From Octopus sinensis (taxonomy: Eukaryota), in contig NC_043004.1 in NCBI RefSeq assembly GCF_006345805.1, forward strand, positions 19,158,001 to 19,222,000: DNA of 64,000 bases, given 5' to 3'. Position numbers and translations under genes: made by a program. Under the pieces are notes generated by a model that made no database searches, was not told the DNA's origin, and saw only the letters and a program-made list of their open reading frames with translations. Below, one piece after another: positions 53,010 to 64,000 of this stretch (the first letter of the stretch is position 1; each line of letters starts with the position of its first letter).

Positions 53010-53271
53010 TATATATATATATACATAAAGATATGTCATGGGTTGAACAGACACAACGCAACAAGGAGGATAAGTTAGACGAAAGGAGCGCAAACGGGAA
53101 ACTAGACAAAAACTTAACGGACGAGGAATATACACAAAGACGCGATACACGGAATGTTCGCAGCTGAGTTTTTCTCGTCAATGTATGAGCGAAAATATCA
53201 TCGTGGTTTCGGGCCATTATCATTATTATAGATATATATGTGTATATGTGTGTGTGTGTGTCTTTATACAT

Positions 53272-54604
<1,333 letters not shown>

Positions 54605-54626
54605 TATATATATATATATATATATA

Positions 54627-54685
<59 letters not shown>

Positions 54686-54832
54686 CATGTATGTATGTAT
54701 ATATATATATATATATCTATATATATATATAAAGTTAATCCAAACAGGAAAGCACAAAAAAAATCACAACAACGTGAGGACATGGAACAATATAGTATTA
54801 TTGGACGCTCAGGAAAGAAGGAAAGAAGGAGG

Positions 54833-54867
54833 GTTTAACGTTTCGAGCGAAGCTCTTCGTCAGAAAC
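54833..54867 (-). ncRNA. Minimal type I hammerhead ribozyme motif
   Basis: Minus strand GTTT-CTGACGA-A-GAGC-TTC-GCTC-GAAAC-GTT-AAAC. Stem I GTTT/AAAC, stem II GAGC/GCTC, loopless palindromic stem III (AACGTT). Confidence 0.75.
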
Positions 54868-55184
54868 ATAGGAAAGATCCAGAGAAGGGAAGACTGAGGA
54901 AAAAAATCGCCAACGGTACACCTGCGGTCGCCAACGATGTGTAACAACATCTATTAGTCTCGTCGGTCACGTGATATATACGTATACATATGTGTGTGTG
55001 TGTGTGCGTGCGTGTGTGTGTGTGTGTGTGTGTGTATTTCTGTACGTGTATAAAAGTCTGTGTGTAGTATCTATTTAATAAGGTATCTACTATTGGATCA
55101 ATTTCCACCCTAGCAAATCCTTCGAGTCGTTAGGAATGCTAAAGCCTTATAGCATCTATCTTTTATACTTTATCTCTCACCTGG

Positions 55185-55428
55185 TCCAGTCATGTTACTG
55201 TGTCTATGCGGCTGCACCGCCTTGAAGAGTTTAGTCGCAGAAATCAACCCCAAGACTTGTACTTTTACCGAACTGCTAAATTACGGGGACGTAAACATAC
55301 CAATACTGGTTGTCAAGTGGGGAATAAGGACACAGGCACAAAGACACACATACATAGGTGCATACATACATATATACATATGACGGGCTTCTTTCTGTTT
55401 CCGTCAACCAAATCCACTCTCAAGCTTG
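55185..55428 (-). mobile_element. SINE family A, degenerate partial copy
   Basis: Recognisable CCGAACTGCTAAATTACGGGGACGTAAAC and GACGGGCTTCTTTCTGTTTCCGTC blocks. Confidence 0.75.
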
Positions 55429-58400
55429 CTCAGTAATGAGGAAATAAAAAAAAAACATCTGAAAATCACAAGGTGAGATCTAGAAGTGAATTGGGCTATT
55501 TTTGTATTACTCGTGATTGACAGCTCGTGTTGCTTGTTCAGACAATAAGTGATTAAAACAGTTATATTTAGCTTCCAGCTATATACAGATGTGGAAAGTG
55601 ATCCTGCAGATGCATATAAGCAATTATACTCTCGCACGCGCGTATACTTACAGCTCGATTTCTTTGTCATCATTTTAAATATTTCCCTTGTTTTTCCTTG
55701 TGTGAGCGCATGCATATGTATTTAACAGAGAGTTTGAGTGACAAGCAAAAAGCAAATGCGACAGATTAAAAGCGAAGTGATTTTCTTTCTTCTATTAAAG
55801 ATGGACCTAATATATGATTGTTCATAACTACATACCTTTTATTCGTTTCTATTTCTTATATGTTATTCAATAAATTATGTGGGAAGGTTTTGTAGACATT
55901 GATATTATACACTGTCATTAGCAATATATAGCGTCCAGAGTAAAATTACCCTTGAAAATCTTATCCAACAAATCAAGGTCTATTGTAGGTTTAGTAATGT
56001 AATGATTGGTGCAAAATTAATGCATGCTTTACAGATGTGAGTTCGAGAGATAAGATTAACAGAATTTTCAGGAAAATTGAATATAATTATGATCCTTTAA
56101 TCTTTTGCTCATCCATAGAAGAATTTGATTTCAACATTCTGAGCTTATAAAACACTCGTAAATTATACAATGCATTCACTGCTTCCTGCAGTAAATCTGA
56201 AATTAAGCAGGATCGAGCCCATTGTACCTATTATTAACCAAGTGGCTTTATCTAGAGAGTCAGATGTTATCAACTATGACTCAGTTGTGGTGTATTTGTG
56301 TATAGCAACATGGAAGGGTAGAAACAAAAATGGTTCAATGGGTAATATTTGGAATAATAATATATCTTGTAGTAAGTTTGGATCTACAGTGATTGTTTTT
56401 TCTGCATTTCTGGTCAGTCCACTTATCTCTGCTCTCAGTTCACCTACATCACAGAAAAATATACGAGATATTCTAGGGAAATTCCCAGGTGCTATGTATA
56501 TATATATAGATGTAAAATGATTGTAATACATTTTACGTGTGTCATTCACGGGATTTGAAGCAATCAAAATATAGCTGATATAGTTGATACAAGACGTTAT
56601 TTTAATCATGCACGAAAATAGCGTAGTGGTAATTGTATACGAATATCGTGAAAGTTATTTTCTCTTAGACTGACAGAATTATCCAGAAAAGACAAAATTA
56701 CTGACATAACTGCAATCTGCTAATGTTTTACTATTATAATATTTCTTATTAAAATGCCTCTTTGATGCTGAACAAAAGATTTTATCAAAGTTAGTTTGCT
56801 TCATCGACAACTTTTTCATAAGTAAACTTTTATAGTTACTACAAAAGATCAATAATAGCTGGTACTCAGTTTTATATATCATATTTTCAATACTAAAAAA
56901 ACCTACTTAGTCTCAGGTTTGCTACTTCATACTGGTGTTTGGATGTATCGAGTTACAACCTATATGCAAACAGACTAGGAGAAATTTTATTGTAATAAAT
57001 ACTAAGTAAAGTAGTGATAACCTCTTCAGAAGTGTCCTTTAGCTCATTCAGAAAATAAAAATATACAATATCGGTTGTTTTATAAAGTTTTGTTAATCAG
57101 CCATTTTTTATATTTGTTTTTCCAAGTAGTGGCAGAAAGTATTTTGTTTATTGACGTTTCTGTTTTTGAATTATACTAGTATTTACTTTGTTATTCCATT
57201 TCTGCAGTTAACACAGTTATCTATTCTCGTGAAAATTGTAAAATTGGATATGACTGTGAGAAGACGGAATAATGGTGTATTGTTTTGAGGGAGAAAAATG
57301 TTTATCACCCTAACAAAATTCTTCGTACACAATTTTAGACTTGGCGTCTCATCTTCCGTTTCGAACTTAACGAAATTTCCGAATTTCATAAAAAAATTTT
57401 TCCGACGCAGTCCACCACTTTGGATTTTGGTATCATTTGCATTCTGCTAAATTGGCCGCAATGAAAGGAAAGTGATATTTCTTTATTAGTAAGGGCAGGT
57501 AATTTAGTGCAACGGTACCTTAAAATAATCCGAATTCCATAAATACGCACCTCACTCGTTTCTTGCAGATTTTTTCAAACAATAGATGCGCATTGTCAGT
57601 GTAGAAGACGCAGATTAATCTGTCAGTCAGAAAAGCTAACTGTCTATCTGAATATACAAAATAAAACGCCTATTGTAGGAATCATGAATCTACAACTCAT
57701 AAAACCCTGTGCCTTATCCATTCAAACATTTTGCCCCTAAGCCGTGCTGTACTTTTCAATCATCCACAATTTGTATCATGAGACTAAGTCATAGTTTGTT
57801 TTTTAGTTGAATGGAATTTAATTAACAAAAATGTTCCAAACTCCAAATATACAAATAACTGAAAGGGCTATCGACAATTTACCTCAGTTTATATGCTAGG
57901 TAAATTTTTATCCAGAAATGTCGCGTTATCTGTACTACAATGGAGAAAGCTGCTTATTAATTAGGTATGTAACAATTACTAAAAGTACTAGCAGAAAACA
58001 ATTATTAAAGGGTTGACCGTCTGGAAATATCTTATAAATTCATGTTCTAAGAAACTTCCTATAATTTCGATTTCTGAAGTTTATTGAATTTCTTAACTCC
58101 CATTCTTCACAAATTTAAATATTCATTGCATTCACTGCGAAGTATTCCATTTTCATTTGCAAAGTATCTCACTTTCTGTATTAATGTTTTCGTTTGAAGT
58201 TTAAATTCGCTATTTCGAAAACCGACATTAATGTATACGTAATTAAAAAATATTATTTATTGAATGAAATTTTTTGAAATGTCCGTATAATTTTTGTAAA
58301 AACATTTTAAAGTGATTTTATTGTTATGGCTGTTTGGAACACTATAAGCCATACAGTAATAACTGATCGGACCGATTGTAACCATTTTCCTTTTTAACTT

Positions 58401-58859
58401 AAAAGCCATGGAAGGAAATATTTGAGTAAAAACAAAATTGTAAATATTTTCAGAAGCAAAGGCGAACAATTCAAGGGAAGTTTCGCTGTTGTTTCTAGCA
58501 CAATACAAACCACCCTCCCTTTTTACTTTCACATGCATTGATGTTTCTTCGATATTTTTCTCCCATTAAACATATTTTATGGAGTGATGATGCCGAAGTA
58601 ACACACGCGTAGTCCATCTGTGAAAAAAAAAACAACAAAATAAATTGTAATCTAAATTTTTACCCCAACCTGAATAAAGTGAAGCCGTGTGTGTGTGTGT
58701 AAGAAAAACAGATTTTCTAACCAAAAAGTATTCTATTAAAATGAACTATCGTTTACATAACTCTTTGTTTAAATCAACAAGAATTGCAGTGTGGAAGATG
58801 ATTGTAAGCCATTAAAGAACACAGAAAAAAACTTCAGCATGTAAATTTCATTTGTGTCA

Positions 58860-58998
58860 ATATATATTTTTTTCTACTCTAGGCACTAGGCCCGAAATTT
58901 TGGGGGGAGGGGGCCAGTCGATTAGATCGATCCCAATACGCAACTGATATTTAATTTATCGACCCCGAAAGGATGAAAGGCAAAGTCGACCTCAGCGG
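58860..58998 (-). mobile_element. SINE family B variant, truncated (other degenerate B copies near 10055, 26010-26340, 33470-33730 and 46500-46690)
   Basis: TTTATCGACCCCGAAAGGATGAAAGGCAAAGTCGACCTC block shared with 20086-20320. Confidence 0.8.
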
Positions 58999-60955
58999 GT
59001 GTCAATATATTTTCGTCGCTTTGAAAACGCGAGATGTTTACTGACAAAACTTCATGCTGCATCATTTTTGTAAAATTTTGTCAGTGAACAGGTCACGGTT
59101 TCAAAGCGACGAAAATATTTTGATACTAATGAAATTTAAATGTTGAAGTAAAACTAACCGTTTTTGTGTGTTCTTGAATTGCTTACAAACAGCTTTCACG
59201 CTGCAATTGTTTTTGTTCCAGCACACGATCTCAGATCATGTCACCTGCTATGCAAGCACATCACAGTAATTTTTTTATTCACTGTGGATAAATGCCAGCA
59301 ATGACCTTCTCAGGCTCTCCAATATTTTAATTTCTAAACAGAAACAATCGTGGGCAGGAAGTGGGGTTGCAAAAAAGTCATAATTTCTCAAATTTTCCTT
59401 CTTTATAGCATATAAATATATCTATGGAGAAAAAATATTGAGAAATATCAATACGTGCGAGTGTGATTACGAAACGAGGAGGGTTGCCTTCGTATGAGTT
59501 AGAAACAACAGTCAAATCGCCCTTAAATCACTCAATTTTCCCTCTGAAAATATTAACAATTTAAAACAAAAATTACCAAAATGCTCTACCCATGGTTTTA
59601 AACTGAAAAAGAAGAATTTTCAAAATGTTTTTCTTTCAAAGATGCTTCCCTACCAACCCAATCATTACGAAGGGTGTGGTTTTAAAAAATGGGGAAGATC
59701 CCCGAAAAGAATTTTCTCACGAATTTCTTTTTAATCATAATCTATGACGTTTAAAAGGGATTTGCATACATTTCCATTAAAAGATACCAATTTTCCTGAA
59801 AGTTATGAGGGGAAAATGTCAGATCGTGTGAATTTTCCAAAACTTCTCTCACCACTCTATCGGAAAAATTCTCTCCCATAAATCCCTATATACACTGAAG
59901 CCACAAATTCTAAGCTGTATTTGTAGGAAATTTTGTTAAAAAGCATCCTTTTTTCTTGATGTTATGAGACAAGAAATTATATGATTTTTAAAATTTCATG
60001 TTTATTGCATTCATTGCTTGCATTGTTCTCTCTCCTTTCTCCTTCTCTCCACACACACTGCAAAACTTACAGAAGGGCTGCTAGAATGTAATCTCTATAT
60101 CTCTTTGAGGGAAGGTAAAACTTGACAAATTGCTTCTCCCTCTGTTGTTGGACTACCGTGATGTTTGTTTAAGAGAGATTATGAGTGTGATAAAATAATG
60201 AAAGCAATTTTTATTAACGGAATGAACACTATTATGCAAAGAAATAATTTGACATGAAGTATAAAACTTATTAGAATTGGGAATCAAACTTGAAAATATT
60301 TTTCAAGAGGCTTGCAGAAAACCGCCTGGCGGGAGGTCTTTCTGCAAGTTATTATAATGATGGTTCATTATTTTATATGAAAAAATGTATATCGCTGCTT
60401 CATTTATTATAAACATAATTATATATATTTAGAAAGCAATTTTGCTTTCTAAGAGTTTAAAAATCTTCTGGTGTAAGGAATTAAATGCACTCTTTAAACT
60501 AATGGATATCACTTCACATTTATACTACTTAAAAGATGGCAAATGAGTTAACAGTTACCACATAACCTTAGCAATGACTATGATGAGATATTTTATAAAT
60601 CATTTCAAGCTAGTGATCTTTAAAAATAATCTGCAAGATAATCAGTTAACATACTTAAGACACATCTTTCTGGATTTTATATTACTTTTTAAACTTTACA
60701 AGCCCTCGTAAACTTCACTGATCACTGATGTTTCAACATTCTCAGAATGATTTTACCGAGATGATACACTACTAATACAAATTTAATTGCGTTATTGTCA
60801 GGTATTTGTGTAAGTGTATGTGTGTTAATGTATATCAATGTGATGTGTTGTGTCTTGTTAAACCGTTATAATCGATGATGATAGCGGTAAAGACTAAACG
60901 CACTCACACACACAATATATACATGTATCTATCCATCTTATACATACATATATAT

Positions 60956-61049
<94 letters not shown>

Positions 61050-61099
61050 TATATATAGCAATGTGAAGCTGGAAAGATGAAATAATAAATTACCATTCA

Positions 61100-62560
61100 A
61101 ATTTTTTAAATACTTAGGGTTATCTATATACGGTAGTGGGTTTCTTAGATGTAACACTTCACCTTAACACAGAAATGTTGGGACCTTTCAACATATCTAA
61201 TGAAAAATTAAAATATGTTACCAAAACTCGTATCATCCACAGTTCATACTAAAAAGGTTATTAAAAAAGCATGACAGATAGAATTTCAAAACTATTTGCG
61301 AATGAATCAATATTCAATGCACACACTGGGTACATAACCTATAACCTAGCACTAGCTACGACCGGGTATAAAGTCAAAATTAAATATTCTCCTAATAATG
61401 AACTAATCAATGAATATAAAATTGGATATAGTTCTAAAAGAGAAAATTACATGAATAAGCACACCGAGAAACTGGATAATAATATAAGATGTAAGGTAAA
61501 AAAAAAAAATTCGAGGGAAAAACAACGCCAATCAGTGTGAAGATAAACATTATTTAGGAATGAGGAAAGAGAGAGGGAAATTAAGAATAAAATCATCAAA
61601 TTTCATCCGAAAAGGAAATGACATAGCAGAAACCTGAAGAGTTACACAAAACCCATCGGATATAGTTGGTTCAATCCATAGTTGGTTTAATCCGGTATTT
61701 GGATTACAAGTAGTATTGAAGATTGTTTGTGAATGTTTGCATTAGATAGATATTTTCCCAGGTATAGTCTATATTATAAAATATTTAATCGCCAGAGGGT
61801 AACATCTTTTGCTACATTCCACAACCTAGAATGCTACATACATGGAGTTAATAATAATATGTAAAGCAAGTTAAGGCTAGACTATGAAAGCAGGTCTCAG
61901 AATGGTGCAGACCTAGTGGCGGGTATAGAAGATAACAACGAGAGGCATGTTAATAACTATTCTGAAAATTCTAATGCTAATAGAAACAGCATAGCTGAAA
62001 AAAATAACTTAGAAAACAGGACAGAAACAACAGGAGATAGAATTAAGAAAAAAATACTTAGGAATAATCGACAAAAAACATAGAAACTACATCAATATGC
62101 ACAATGTGAAACAAAATAGTAGTAGGAATGAAATTGGAGGAGGCCAGATAACAAAAAGAAAAAGAAAAGAAAAGGAACTAAAAAGTGCCGTTTCAGAAAC
62201 AAAAATAGATATCCACTTGGGAAATATTGTATGAGAAAAACATTGTACATTAATGTAAAGTGGAGAGAAATAGGCATACATATAAATACATAGGTTCAAC
62301 GAGTGATAACTCTAAAATCCGCTCTAGAAACCACGTTCCACAATTTTCTAATAAGTGCAAGAATCAATGCGTCTCGCTCGAGGACCTTGTGTGGAAACTC
62401 AAAAGCAAGGGATAAGTTACGTAACAAAGTGGTCGATATTAGGAAACACAAAACCTTGTGCCTGGAAGGAACTCAAGAGATAATTTTATGTAAGAGCAAA
62501 ACATTCTGAAGCTATTATTACGTGTAAACATATACTAAAGTGCTGTCTTATAGGATTCTA
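61100..62560 (+). mobile_element. Second, heavily decayed Penelope-like element of a different lineage
   Basis: Fragments FLDVTLHL, KLKYV...SYHP, DRISKLFANESIFN...YNLALATTGYK, WFNP (twice), YYKIFNR, KYIGSTSDNSKIRSRNH...LVWKLKSKG and LCLEGTQEII appear in PLE order (RT thumb to GIY-YIG). Confidence 0.7.
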
Positions 62561-64000
62561 ACAAATAATATAAAAACATTCTAGATAATATTAAAATGTT
62601 TTTATGGAAACGCTCAACAACATGAACGGTGCAGGTTGGAATTCTTATTTGTGTGCATGTTATTTGTGTGCATGTTAAAGGAATTGTAATCAGTTGTATA
62701 AATCGTGTGATATCCCATAATCCGATGACTTGTAATAACGAGTTCACATTGCCGTTTGTATGCTCAGCAAAGTTATAGCAAAAAATTATAAATTTATATA
62801 TGTTGTATGAAAAAATTATAATAATTTCTATATGGCAGTTATAATCATCTAAAGAGATGACTTCAAATAACCAGTCGGCATTATCTAGGTTTACATGTGT
62901 ATCCAAACACCAATTAAAATGCGCAGATGACTCATTTTTGATGAGATAGGATTGTATTTACATGGCTGTCAATCAAATTATAATGAGCTGTATCAGTATG
63001 TTGGTATTTTATAAGCGGTTAACAATTAGTTAACATTGTTCTTTACATGATCAACAAAGGTACTGCAACAATTTATAAAGTTTTAAATTTATTTAAGTTG
63101 TAAGGAAAAAAGTAATAATTAATACATGTCGATTATAATCACCTAAGGGAATGAATAAAAGTAATGATTTAACATTATTATTGTTTATAAGGGTGTCAAA
63201 AGAATTATGTATATTAGAATACACCGCAGATGTTAATACATAGGAGTAATTTGTATAAGTAGATTTCAATTAAATGAGCAGATCGAGCAGATGACTGTTA
63301 ATAAGCGAATAAGTATTGTTGTTTGTATGATTATCAACATGATTGTAACAAAATTTACATGTCACTTATAGTCCTCCAATAATTGTGGCGGCAACACGAG
63401 CCCACTGATAATCAATATTGGTATTAACGTCTTCGCTAGAACGTTAGGAGAAAGCACTTATATCCAAAACCCTGAGTATTATTATAATAAAGTTCTCAGA
63501 AAAAAGGATTGAATGTATTTTCTTCAAGCAAAATGTGTAGTATAAGGAGTGTTGGCGATAGATTGGTGGAATGGATAGAAAATGTAGAAAACATAAATTG
63601 ATATAATAGTGATAATAGCTATAAGGGGGCGTATTTATCAGTGATAGTCATATAGTATCAAAGATCAAATATAATTAATGTAAGTACATATATTGAAGGA
63701 AAAAATAATTTAATATTTGTTATATCGTAATGAATTGTCAAGAAAAAACTTCAGTATTTGCTAGAAAGTGCAAGAGTGTATATTTTTGGTAGCGAACAGT
63801 TTTTGGTAGCGGAAAACAAGCAGTATAGAACACAGCAGTTTGAAGGAGTAGACCGGACATTGATTAGTGTTGGAAGAATAGAAATTGATGCATATATTAA
63901 TGAGTGTATTGAATTGTGATTTGTAAGTATATAAGATAAGTGCATTTAAAAAGCAAAAGAAAAGATAGTAAATTTAAAGATGCATGTAAAATATGTGAAC

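Noticed and set aside
53020-53215. Short repeat with TTGACGAG and CCCGAAACC on the minus strand, also CCGATGAC near 62722
   Set aside because: Core elements are mutated or in the wrong order. At most decayed ribozyme relics.
55654-55730. Candidate TM5 exon LDFFVIILNISLVFP
   Set aside because: Poor polypyrimidine tract, no basic ICL3 residues, no suitable donor, and it runs into a stop.
56170-56609. Overlapping 116-aa (+) and 111-aa (-) ORFs in non-repetitive sequence
   Set aside because: No recognisable motif and no convincing splice sites matching the GPCR frame.
57208-57255. Candidate next GPCR exon LTQLSILVKIVKLDMT with a good acceptor and GTGAGA donor
   Set aside because: Phase fits, but it lacks the conserved TM5 Asn, is one residue out of register and is too short for the usual TM5-ICL3 exon. 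Unsupported without cDNA.

Overview
AT-rich, microsatellite-dense animal genomic DNA. The SINE families and repeat landscape look like a coleoid cephalopod, probably Octopus (inference, not checked against a database). The main host feature, almost invisible in the ORF track, is a + strand class B1 (secretin-family) GPCR. Six exons (5098-5207, 14222-14313, 26417-26564, 27895-28045, 35283-35331, 49896-49998) splice in frame with canonical AG/GT sites. They encode the C-terminal half of the hormone-binding domain through the start of TM5. The 5' ectodomain exons and the TM5-TM7 exons were not found. The introns hold: a Penelope-like element (RT + GIY-YIG, 811 open codons) with a ~1.06 kb inverted copy of its 3' end; a second, decayed Penelope-like element; three hammerhead-ribozyme motifs, two of them in the inverted arms of a ~740 bp non-coding element; maT and mariner DNA transposon remnants; RTE, R4/Dong and Tx1/L1 LINE fragments; three tRNA-derived SINE families; a triplicated C2H2 zinc-finger cassette; and a ~697 bp tandem duplication. 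Most ORF-track entries are microsatellite artefacts.
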